Shown: positions 12,675-24,054 of the stretch, one piece after another
Numbering within the stretch: the first letter of the stretch is position 1
How the letters are laid out: every line of letters starts with the position of its first letter
Source: Octopus bimaculoides
Lineage: Eukaryota
DNA: 64,000 nucleotides
Direction of reading: 5' to 3'
NCBI RefSeq assembly: GCF_001194135.2
Contig: NC_068987.1
Span: 107,045,532 to 107,109,531 of the forward strand
Translations under genes and position numbers: made by a program
Notes under the pieces: model-generated
What the model was told of the DNA's origin: nothing
Databases searched by the model: none
What the model saw: only the letters and a program-made list of their open reading frames with translations

Positions 12675-12806
12675 ATTCGGATTCCGTGCTACTTCGGGTT
12701 TTGAAACCCGTAACAGAGATGAGATTCTATTCGGGCCGGCGAATGTCTGGTTTGAGGAATGACGCCGTTACAGATTTCGAAACTTGAAGTCGCACGGAAT
12801 CCGAAT
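12675..12806. mobile_element. MITE-like hairpin element with 40-bp inverted arms
   Basis: 12675-12714 versus the reverse complement of 12767-12806 match at 34/40, and the outer 15 bp are identical (ATTCGGATTCCGTGC). The spacer is 52 nt. No clear TSD. Confidence 0.7.
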
Positions 12807-12809
12807 AAA

Positions 12810-13312
12810 ATTCATTTCAGCACCACATATAACTCCCAGATGAAGATTATGAATGTAGGCGGGAAGATACTAGAGTTAATTGAGGACTTCCTGCATCAAG
12901 GAGCAAAGATTGGGGGCACAGAAAGGATATCGATGAAAGGAAGATCTGTATAGAAGTCGGACAAATGTAAAGACCTGAAGATCCATCTCTTCTTTGCTGC
13001 AGTGGAGATTGTGCTGTTGTACGAGTCTGAGGCTTGGGCACTGACCCCCAAACTCACTCAGATGGTAGATCGGTGCCACACGAGAATACCTAGGATGGTT
13101 CTGAACATTAATCAGTATACACTGAGGAGGAAGAACTCAGAGCTGTACGAGAAGTTCCCAATAGTTAGCTGGAAAATAACACAGAGAATGAGGTTAGCTG
13201 AAAATGCTCACCGTCATCCACAGATGATACGGCCGCCTACACGGAGACACTAGAAGAGGGAGAACGAGGATCACATATGTTGACGGTCAGTGGTCTCTGG
13301 GAGACACAGCAC
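12810..13312 (+). mobile_element. RTE-type LINE 3' fragment, decayed
   Basis: GGKILELIEDFLHQGAKI...KIHLFFAAVEIVLLYESEAWALT...VDRCHTRIPRMVLNI...NSELY...MRLAENAHRH...TYVD matches the RTE-clade VESVLLYGSEAW and RRLRLAGH motifs. It is followed by (GTT)n/(GGT)n at about 13315-13373. Confidence 0.8.
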
Positions 13313-13416
13313 TTGTTGTTGTTGTTGTTGTTGTTGATGGTGGTGGTGGTGGTGGTAGTGGTAGTGGTGGTGGTTTTCGGGTCACTGCCTGGAATCGAAC
13401 TCGTGTGGTGGTGATG

Positions 13417-16400
13417 CTAGCTGGCGCGGTGCTCTTCTTCACACTACGTCATGGTAGACAATATTTTGTGTGTATGTCACACCACGTCTTTGCCCTCGTC
13501 TGTTATCCCGATTGAGTATCATAACTCTTACTTTGACATTCTTCGTAGCTCGTGCTCTTGGAAATGCGACATATAATTGGCCATGAGAAAATGCCGGTTG
13601 AGGTAAATTTATTCCAACTTTTTCAAATGTTTGCCCTTAAGCCTTATTAATTGTCTTTGCATATGCAAGTCGAATTTGAAACTGAAGTCTGTTTAGTGTG
13701 AATGGAAAAGTTTGTATCACTTGGGCTAAGTTTAATTCTGGGAATTAGAACTGTACGACCTCTGTTGGTGACTGTTACCAATCATCCCTCTACCCAATGT
13801 TCATGAATCCTTGCACATTCATACGAGTTCCATTACATAATCCTTGACTGATCGAAAGATTTCTTAGCAATATTACAAGAGCCCCTACTTTGAAGTTGAG
13901 GCGATAAGGTGGCATACTGGATGGAGTGAGGGAATTTATGAACTCAAGTGGATAGTTCTGAAATTCTTCTTCCTTATTGCAGGACACTGAATCTGTCCTT
14001 AAGTACATTTGAAGTGCCTCTTCATTTATTGCAAGACAGTCAGAAGTTTTAGAAGATAATATTACTCGTTTTCCCATTTCTACTGGCGTGCAGTTGTTGA
14101 ACATTTCTGGAACTAGCGATGTTTGATACCAGGAAAAATTAGGTACGTCAACAGTATGTAGTGGGATATCTTGGAGAACACTGATTAGGGAACCATTGCC
14201 ATATAAAATTAGCCACTTAGAAAATTTACGTTCATTAACATCTACTCTCATATTTCAAGTTAACCTAAGATGATGAAAATGATGCCATAAATGTGATCTT
14301 TTAATACATGCATCAATATAAGTGCTGCAGGAGCTCGGAGAACAGTTGGAGGAGTTTGTCTGAAATCACCTGCAAGTAGAATTATTTTTACTCCAAATAC
14401 CCCATCGTTTCCCATTTAGGCAACTATTTATGACATTTAAAGCATAACTGGGAATTATTGATGCTTCATCTACTACAAAAAACTAGTATGCATCTAAGTT
14501 CGTTAGAGTGTTCGGAATCTGGTAGTACCTTACAAACACTATTTTCTGTAACTGACACTGGTAACTTAAAGATGCTGTGAATAGTTTTGCCATTTGTCAA
14601 TAATGTAGCAGCAATACTAGTCCATGCTTATGGTAATTCCGTTAGCAGTAAGATGACGTTGCAACATATTGAAAAGATATGTTTTTTCCAGAATCACCGG
14701 GGGCGTCTAGATAGAAACAAATTCTATTTTCTAGTTGGCATTTATCGACTGCAGCAACAGCCTGCATTACAGTGTATAGCACTTGAATCTGTTCGTGATT
14801 TAAAGTAGTTATATTAGCAGGTTCAATGGGCACGTCATTATCCTGTGTAAATGTTTGTCCAATGGGTTCTAGCAAACCAAACATGCTGCAAACATGAATG
14901 CAAAGACACATTTTCAGCAGTGGTTGCATCATGTCTGTTACGAAATCCTCAATCATGTTTTCTTTGTAATTATTCCATATTTGAAGGGAATTTTGCGGAT
15001 GGTTATATAAGTAAGTCATGGCAAACTGAGTAACAGACGTGGCATTCTAAATGGTAATGTCTCTCTGAATGTATTTATTAGTTCTTCGTCATCTTCCAAT
15101 AATCTTAGTCTAATGCAAGCTACTTTAAACGATGGTAAAAGTTCTTCTACTCTCTTTAAGTCCTCATAGGAAGTGACTCCATGATCATGAAGTAACAACA
15201 GCTTCAAATAAAACTTTTTCCACATCTCTTGGTCTCACACAGTACATTCTGGTAACACTACTGTATGCTCGTTGACTGTGTGTCCAACATGTGTTTTATT
15301 TTCCAAATACCTAGTGTTCAGGAATTTCACAATACAAAAACGGGCGTGCATTTATATAATTTTGGTTTCATTTGGACCAAGAAGTTAATGTTGTGTCACG
15401 TTCTCGACCTCTATCAACTGCTCCTTGTTGCACTCCCTGTCGATAATACACTCTCTGTTCACATGGAAGATGTACGACTAGACGATACACTGCACGAGAT
15501 TCGCTATGCATAGGATAGTTGGAGAGGTGCCACATTTCTTTAGGGGCCGAAACATATCTGCAGGATAAGAATTGTTTTATTTCATCATACTGCTGATGCG
15601 GTTTTATTTTTCCACTTTCATTGCCATTTTGTTAAACTGAAATAAATCCAATCATTGCACAGTCGTATTGTCTATAAACATACTTTAAGATATATTTTAT
15701 ACTTTTAACCGATGAACAGATTCCCAATTTCCTCATTATTCCTTTACGTTTTCTATAATTTTTTCACGAAATTCTTTAGGAAAATTCTTTTGACATTGTC
15801 CGTTTACCATACAAACAGAACCAGGATTAGGTGTTCCACAAAGTCCATGAATCATTAGAGATGTGACTAATTCACAAAGAAGAGGTTCGTTTCCGTCGGG
15901 GATTTCAGTTGTTACAAGAGAATCAATTTGTTCTCGTGTCCTTGGTTTATCTCGTACACGTAGCATAATTAGTAGCATATGACAATGTGGCAAACCTCGT
16001 TTGGAGAATTCAATAACGTGAATGCGAGTAACAGGAACCCCCAGAAAATGTCTGTCTTTAATATCAGTCATCAATTCATTACGGTGGGTTTTATACACAC
16101 TTGACACTAGGTAAGGCCTATTTTGAGTTGTTTCGGTGGGTCCCAAGTTATTTGTAATATCAGGGCATCTTGGGTTGCAAATATAAGTTTAAAATAAATC
16201 AGGTTTCCCATATTTACAAACAATGGACATGGCATCCAGATATGACTGTTGCATATTTCTATTAAATGAAGACGGAAGAATAATCATGACCATTTCTTGC
16301 CAAGCGTTCCATGAGATACGATATGTGTTGTTTTGGTTCACATCGTGGATATATAACTAGATCACGATGAACTGGAGGTGCACCATCTTCACCAACATAT

Positions 16401-17727
16401 ACAGCTGCAATTTCATTATTAACAGGATTATTGTATCTCCTGGCATCTGGGCCTGATATGAAATGCATCATTACTTTATTCGGATTAACATTTTCTCTGG
16501 CTGCTCTTCTTCTTGCTGTTCAACAGTGCGCATATTTAAATATGCTGTATGGATTATTCAGCATGACTCAAGAAATCTTTTCCATTACTGACTGCAAGCA
16601 ATTAATATCTTGAGGCACTTCAGCTCTTATTTGTAAGGCTTCTATAGAATCAACAATATAGAGCTGAGCATATTTTCTAAGTTCATTGTTGTCACAATAT
16701 AAGATGCAAATGGAAACAGCATGGGCCACGACCAGGGTGTAATGTAACATTGGCTCCAAATGAGGTGAATGAATACATTGAATTATAGTTTCTGATGTTC
16801 TGTCTAAAGGTGATTCCTTCAATGTCGGTATTCTCCAAAAGTTGTTTTATCTGGTAAAGGCATTCTTGTAGATTCGGCAAGGAAACTTTACCATTATTGC
16901 AACAATTAAATGTTTTCTGCGGAAATCTACGTTCATGATCATGCGGGTATACTACGTTCATCTCCCGAATCGTAAATTGAAAATTTTGTTGTTCTTTTAT
17001 TCTATTCCGTCTTCTTCTTTGAGCTCTGTCTGTCATAACATAATTCTGTGTTTCAGCTTCTTCCATACTTTTCCTTCTTTCTTGAACTCAGTTTCTCATA
17101 TCTTGAAGATAATTCTGGCTTTCAGCCTCGTCCAATTGTCGCCTTCTTTGTTGAACTCTGTTTCTCATATTTTCTAAGTACAGCTGACTTTGCTATTGAT
17201 TCATGAGCTCTCGATTCTCTTGATCTCTATCTCTCTTATTTTGAAAATACACTTCGCTCTGATCCTGGCTCATTTGTTCTATCCTTTGCTGATTTCATTT
17301 CCCCACTATCCTGTAGGATACGCTCCCTCTCCACTTGGCTTATTTCGTTTCTTCTGTAACTCATGCTCACGCCATTTTTATTCCTTCTTTCCTACGGCTA
17401 GTCCTCGCGCAATCGTTCTCTCCTTCTACGCTGACGCTCACGTGCTGTGTCTCTCATGCGATTATCCATATTTTAAAACTTGCTATTAAAACAATCTGAA
17501 AAACATATACGAATATATTAGACAGTGTTTATTTCCACCACGCGACACTTATTATCGCAAACATGTTTTAACAAACTTAAACTACAGACACACACACACA
17601 CACACAAACGCAAAAATACATTTATATATATATATATATATATTTGTCACTGTATGTTTTCTTTAATTTTTGTTTACTTACACACATCAACAAACGAGCC
17701 AGAAATTCTAACATAAAATAATATAGA
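13417..17727 (-). mobile_element. Helitron, near full length and decayed (both termini tentative)
   Basis: Contains the RepHel pseudogene listed next. A CTAG lies at 13417-13420 just after the stop codon. A TC-start candidate lies at 17727 but is not preceded by A, so it is uncertain. Confidence 0.75.
13439..17469 (-). pseudogene. Helitron Rep/Pif1 helicase (RepHel) pseudogene
   Basis: Motifs in order: MDNRMRDTARERQRRRR; CCNNGKVSLP; NIRNYNSMYSFTSFGA; YAQLYIVD; DARRYNNP; YLDAMSIVCKYGKPDLF (Rep motif 1 region); VIEFSKRGLPHCHML (HUH); IKYILKYVY (motif 3); KFYLKLLLL; FYLDAPGDSGK (Walker A); VVDEAS; LAGDFRQ; EFINSLTPSSMPPYRL; GLCNGTR; TINK..GQT; FSHGQLYVA; NIVY; stop at 13439. Multiple stops and frameshifts. 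Confidence 0.95.
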
Positions 17728-17992
17728 AACAAAAAGACAATGTTGTATTCCGATGCCAAAAGATTTTTTTAGCTGAGGTTTAGTTTTATATTGAAAACAA
17801 ATTCAAAATTTAAATTTTAATGCAAAACAATTACCACGTTATCTGGTGTATGGCTGCAGTTGTAATGGGTTAAAACAAATGCGTGTGTGTGGGTATGGGT
17901 GTATTTGTGTGGTTGGGGCTCTAATAGCAGTTTAAAGTCAGTTGCAGAAACAGGTACAGTCATGTACAAGCATAAAGATACATGCACACACA

Positions 17993-18222
17993 GGCGAGCT
18001 GGCAGAAACGTTAACACGCCGGGCGAAACTCTTAGCCGTATTTCGTCTGCCGCTACTTTCCGAGTTCAAATTCCGCCGAGGTCGATTTTGCCTTTCATCC
18101 TTTCGGGGTCGATTAAATAAGTACCAGTTACGCACTGGTGGTTGATATAATCGATTTAATCCGTTTGTCTGTCCTTGTTTGTCCCCTTTGTGTGTAGCCC
18201 CTTGTGGGTAGTAAAGAAATAA
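17993..18222 (+). mobile_element. tRNA-headed SINE, family C (GGCGAGCTGGCAGAA...GAGTTCAAATTCC)
   Basis: B-box-like GAGTTCAAATTCC. Homologous copies occur at 21925-22133 (-), 28250-28385 (-) and 45781-45980 (+). Confidence 0.8.
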
Positions 18223-19144
18223 CACACATACATAAACCCATAACTAGAGAGAGATAGAGAGAGAGAAAGGGNNNNNNNNNNNNNNNNNNNNNNNNNNNNN
18301 NNNNNNNNNNNNNNNNNNNNNNNNNNNNNNNNNNNNNNNNNNNNNNNNNNNNNNNNNNNNNNNNNNNNNNNNNNNNNNNNNNNNNNNNNNNNNNNNNNNN
18401 NNNNNNNNNNNNNNNNNNNNNNNNNNNNNNNNNNNNNNNNNNNNNNNNNNNNNNNNNNNNNNNNNNNNNNNNNNNNNNNNNNNNNNNNNNNNNNNNNNNN
18501 NNNNNNNNNNNNNNNNNNNNNNNNNNNNNNNNNNNNNNNNNNNNNNNNNNNNNNNNNNNNNNNNNNNNNNNNNNNNNNNNNNNNNNNNNNNNNNNNNNNN
18601 NNNNNNNNNNNNNNNNNNNNNNNNNNNNNNNNNNNNNNNNNNNNNNNNNNNNNNNNNNNNNNNNNNNNNNNNNNNNNNNNNNNNNNNNNNNNNNNNNNNN
18701 NNNNNNNNNNNNNNNNNNNNNNNNNNNNNNNNNNNNNNNNNNNNNNNNNNNNNNNNNNNNNNNNNNNNNNNNNNNNNNNNNNNNNNNNNNNNNNNNNNNN
18801 NNNNNNNNNNNNNNNNNNNNNNNNNNNNNNNNNNNNNNNNNNNNNNNNNNNNNNNNNNNNNNNNNNNNNNNNNNNNNNNNNNNNNNNNNNNNNNNNNNNN
18901 NNNNNNNNNNNNNNNNNNNNNNNNNNNNNNNNNNNNNNNNNNNNNNNNNNNNNNNNNNNNNNNNNNNNNNNNNNNNNNNNNNNNNNNNNNNNNNNNNNNN
19001 NNNNNNNNNNNNNNNNNNNNNNNNNNNNNNNNNNNNNNNNNNNNNNNNNNNNNNNNNNNNNNNNNNNNNNNNNNNNNNNNNNNNNNNNNNNNNNNNNNNN
19101 NNNNNNNNNNNNNNNNNNNNNNNNNNNNNNNNNNNNNNNNNNNN

Positions 19145-19175
<31 letters not shown>

Positions 19176-19669
19176 TAGATAGATAGATTGATAGATAGAT
19201 AGATAGATAGATATGGATATGTATGTGTGTGTGAGTGTGTGGGTATGTATGTTTGTGTATGCAAAAGAGATCAGATGAGGGCATAATCCACTCAGATATA
19301 ATCAAATATATTATTTGTGTCGAAGTACAGAAAATTCGAGTGGTTTTGTTTAAAAATAATATCGATGTACGAAATTAAATAATATATTTGTATATATGCA
19401 TGTTTGAATATATATAAATACATAATTGGCATTTAAAAAAAAAAGCATTTTATACACGAAAGTGAAACAGATAGACCTCCGTGACGTTCAACACACTTGA
19501 GTTGCATGCGAATGGAACAACTTATTACAGAGCAAATCGCCTGACAGTATTTTCTTTGCGTATGTTCAGCGGAGTTATTTCTTTTCTATTTGCTATATCA
19601 TGACATTTTTATCTCTGTAAGTATTATTCAGTTAGAATTGTCATTTAACATTTTGGATAATGGTGAACT

Positions 19670-19710
<41 letters not shown>

Positions 19711-19780
19711 GTACTTCATTATAGGAAAGCACTCTTACCAAGATTTAGAAGTTTGGAGTAAAAATAAGGTTGCGGATATA

Positions 19781-19912
19781 TTTCTTTTACACGTTTTAGT
19801 CATTTGCTTGCAGCCATGCTGGGGCACCACCTTGNNNNNNNNNNNNNNNNNNNNNNNNNNNNNNNNNNNNNNNNNNNNNNNATATATATATATATATGTA
19901 TGTATGTGTGTG

Positions 19913-19945
<33 letters not shown>

Positions 19946-20140
19946 AGACAGATAGATAAATATATAAATAGATAGATAGACAGACAAAAAATGGGATTCT
20001 TTCATTCTACAAAATCCCCTCCTAAGGCTTTGGTCTTCCCGAATTATATTATAGCACATTAAATAACCAAGGTGCCACGAAAGGAGACCGAACCCGGAAC
20101 CATGTGTTTGGGAAGCAAGATTCTTACCACACTGCTATGT
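19781..20140 (-). mobile_element. SINE family B (CORE-like body, internal microsatellite, A-rich tail), interrupted by an N gap
   Basis: The head (reverse complement of GGTAAGAATCTTGCTTCCC...GGTTCCGGGTTC) lies at about 20090-20140, an internal (TG)n follows, and the tail (reverse complement of CAGCATGGCTGCAAGCAAATGACT...AAAAG) lies at 19781-19834. Confidence 0.75.
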
Positions 20141-20340
20141 CTAACATTTAGATTTCAAGTGTTTTAACCTGAAAACTTCTTATATATTCGGAGGGTGATT
20201 AAGTAGAGACACATTTCAAACTGATTTAGTGGAAAGAGTACACACCATTGAAGAGATCGGTAATGATGACGAAAGTTCTTTCTTAAACAACAGACAACTG
20301 ATTAAGGAAGCGACGTATTAGTTGATTGGTTAAGTAACTA

Positions 20341-21561
20341 GACAATTGATTAATAATGAATTCAAGTTAACGAGTGTGTGTATGCGTGCGCGTGCTTATT
20401 AATAATAAGCGCGCGCATATAATCCTCTCCAAGACTCAGGCAACTTTATTGCAATATATATTAGTTCGCATTAAAATCTAGGAAGACTTATACAGGTATG
20501 AATTATGAATGTGTTATTAAAAGCAATGGATATGTCTATGTATGTATGTATTTATGCTATTATTGCTATTATGTTGAGCTGTCGTATATCCAAATTTGGC
20601 CAAATTAGTTTCTTTCAATATTTATTTTTGCCTGTAATAGCCGGTCCTTTGGGTCAAACTATCGTATTTGCTCAGGCTATCGTATCTCCAGCTGCTTCAG
20701 AAGCCAAGATATCAAATATTGTCCCTGTGTTGTGCAACGTCTTTGCTATGGAATGGTGAAACTATTTTTTCGTTTTCTGTAAAAGCAACGTTTTGGACTT
20801 ACGTCACTTTTTCAATAATAGTAACGATGTACACGTATATATGAAATACCAACATGTTTTTATGTTTTTCATTTTAATGGCATATTTATATTGCATGACG
20901 TAGCTCTTTTTGTATTTTAATGTTTAACGCCAATATTCGTATATAATTTAGCATTGGTGTTATGACACAGCACGTTGATATCTGTCTTTTCTGTTTTTTC
21001 ACTTTATTTAACTCTATTTCAACCTGATACGTTACAATATACCAGATAGGTTAATAACCAGATAGGTTACAATATACCAGATAGGTTAATAAATGAACAA
21101 TTGGGAAATGATAATTAATTTGAATAAACCAGTGTGTGTGTATATGCGTGCTTATTACTGGTATATAAGCCTCCCCAAGTCACAGCAAACTTTATTGCAA
21201 AATATGATTGAATTCACATTAAAATCTAGGAAAACTTATACTAGAATGAGTTATGAATAAGTTATCAAAATCAATAGATATGTATATGTATGTATCTTTG
21301 TATGTATATATGTATGTATGTATCTATGTAGGTAGGTAGGTAGGTATCTGTGTATGTATGTATATATAAAATATCTTCATGTTTTTCATCTTAAGTGGTA
21401 TAGTTACTTTGCATTGCATCGCTAATTTTGTATTTGTATTTTAATTTTTAACTTCAATATTCGTGCATAATTTAACATTGGTGTCATGACACCACACGTC
21501 GGCATCAATCTTTTCTGTTTCTCTTTTTTCCAACTTTATTTTACTCTATTGCAATCTGATG
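20341..21561. repeat. Old local direct duplication (units about 20341-21030 and 21096-21561)
   Basis: Matching blocks include ACTTTATTGCAA...CATTAAAATCTAGGAA.ACTTATAC (about 20440-20480 vs 21190-21240) and CAATATTCGT..ATAATTTA.CATTGGTGT.ATGACAC (about 20930-20970 vs 21455-21490). The copies are visibly diverged. Confidence 0.85.
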
Positions 21562-21924
21562 TCTTGTTATTCACTTTAACTCCTAAGTAATGCAGCTACT
21601 TTGAAATAGTTGAGTTTTCTAAGTGCACATTCACATTTTTTTTCCACATCTTCAGTCTATACACACCTTCAATCCCGAGATGCCACATCTTCTCATAGTG
21701 GATACCATAACTGTATATCATGCTCCAAATGGTTAATTCCCAATCTTACTTCCTTTCCGTTTCTTTCATGTACTAGAGGCCATCGGTGGAAACTAGAATG
21801 TATAAGGACATTGCCAGCGTCATCACATTATACCATAGAAAACTGGTACTCTTCCACTTAGTAGAAAAATTCACCATCTCTCCACTTTTTCTATACAGCG
21901 ACCACAACTATCTTCCCTTCTAAC

Positions 21925-22133
21925 TGCTTTCAAGTTTTGGCACACGTCCGGCAAGTCGGGGAGGAGGGTGAGTGGGTTACATCGACCCCAGTACTTGACT
22001 GGCATTTATTTTAACGACCCCCGAAGGATGAAAGGCAAAGTTGAACTTAGCAGAATTTGAACTCAGATCAAAGACTGACGAAATCCGCCAAGTATTTTGT
22101 CCAGCGTGCTAATAATTCCGCCAGTTTGTTGCC
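21925..22133 (-). mobile_element. SINE family C copy
   Basis: Reverse complement of the 17993 element (CGAAGGATGAAAGGCAAAG, AATTTGAACTCAG). Confidence 0.8.
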
Positions 22134-22278
22134 ATATCAACGGTCGTAATTTACTAGCTTTCTATTAAGCAATTTATTGTGTTCACGCTACAATTAATTT
22201 TCTAATTTTAATTTCATTATTTTCGTTCTTAATTCTATATAAATTCTATTAGTTCTATTAATGTTTTCAACAGTCCCT

Positions 22279-22425
22279 ATGTGGAAAGCAGCTTGCTTAA
22301 CAACAGCCTGGTTCCGGGTTCAGTCCCACTGCGTGGCATCTTGGGAAAGTGTCTTCTACTATAGCCACGGGTCGACCAAAGCCTTGTGAGTGGATTTGAC
22401 AGACGGAAACGGAAAGAAGCCCGTC
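22279..22425 (+). mobile_element. SINE family B, 5' half
   Basis: GCTTGCTT...GGTTCCGGGTTCAGTCCCACTGCGTGGCATCTTGGGAAAGTGTCTTC...GCCTTGTGAGTGGATTTG...GAAAGAAGCCCGTCG, followed by (TG)n. Confidence 0.85.
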
Positions 22426-22441
22426 GTATATATATGTATAA

Positions 22442-22516
<75 letters not shown>

Positions 22517-24018
22517 AGTGCCTGTGCGTGTCCCCCTATATATATATATATATGTGTGTGCGTGTGTGTATAAATAATACAGAATGGGACAAGGGCGCGA
22601 AACATGCAGACAGTTAGGTGATACAAAAAAGTGACAAAACATCCAGATAGACGATACAAGGAAACAAAGACAGGTCATTCCGAGATTTCTTTCCTCAGTC
22701 GAGATCCAGATTATCCTTGCAATTTCAGCTGGTTATTCTTGATATTGCACCAATCTGACCAGCCGCAAGGAAAAACTAAGCTAAGAGCATTAGATTCCTT
22801 GAAGAAAGCAGCCAATGTCTACGAAAACAAGGACGGAAAAAAAACGAACAATGTTACACAAATACAATAAAAAATAATAACAGGACATAACAACAGATAT
22901 TTTTCGGCTTAAATTAAGCTGGCGTGTGTGGAAATAAGGCCTTACGGCACACAAGATTTGACGGGCACAGGGAGGAATAACGATGTTGTACGCACAACGG
23001 CCGGCCAGGAAAGAAAGATCACGCCTCGTCGAACACCGGTCACGTAGGAAGAAGAGAGAGAGAGATAGAGGCAGAGAGACATAAGAATTAGGGAGGGGGA
23101 GAGAAAAGATGACAAGGACACAGTGAAGTGAAAAGTGGAGGGAAAGAAGAGAAGGCAAGGAAATGTGAGCGAGGGAGGAAAGAAAGAATGAACAGTGGGA
23201 TGAACAAATTAGGGTGAAGGGGCTGATAGACAGAAATAGAGTCATACAAGTTTTACACACACACACACACATATATAAATGCACACGCAGTCAGACAAAC
23301 ATTCATACATACGTATATATATAAATACGTATATACATACATACATACATACATACATGCATAGATACCTACGTACGTACGTACGTGCGTCCTGACATGT
23401 ATTGTGGAGAGCAACGTACATATATCGGTATAAAGATGAATGAAAATATTCCGATACGTTCCATTGCAATGATATCTCTAAAACTTGCTTGCACATGCAA
23501 TGAAATTAGTCTATTATTTTTATATCTTTATGCATGGAAAATATCTAATATTTGGATTTAGAATAGTACGACGCAGTTTTTGATGAGAATGACATAATTG
23601 TTCATATAACATTGCCGAACACATGATCGTACCATAATATACGAAATGGGCTTTCTAAGAAGTAAACGGAAATTGTAAAAACTTCTAGCATCAGTCTATA
23701 TTGAATTTATTATAGCCATGGTGGTGGCGGTACCGAGTGGCTTCCTCGATGAATTCGGTGGGAGTCATTAAAATCACATATACTTCTAAACTTAAAATTT
23801 AACGTCTTTTCCAAATACACATCCCTGGTGGTAATGCTTTCTGATTGAACTTCCATAGAATAACCGCCAATCTTTCTCACTTGCTTTCTTTCTGTCTGTT
23901 TGTCTGTCTGTCTGCCTGTCTGTTTGTCTGTCTGTCTGCCTGTCTGTCTGTCTCGCTCTCTCTATTTCCGTTTATCTATCAGTATATACATGCACACATA
24001 CATACACACACACGAGCG

Positions 24019-24054
<36 letters not shown>

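Noticed and set aside
22570-23100. Probable dispersed repeat (Penelope-like?) after the SINE microsatellite; likewise about 4480-4740
   Set aside because: They look familiar as repeats, but no ORF, terminal structure or second copy in the window supports a family call.
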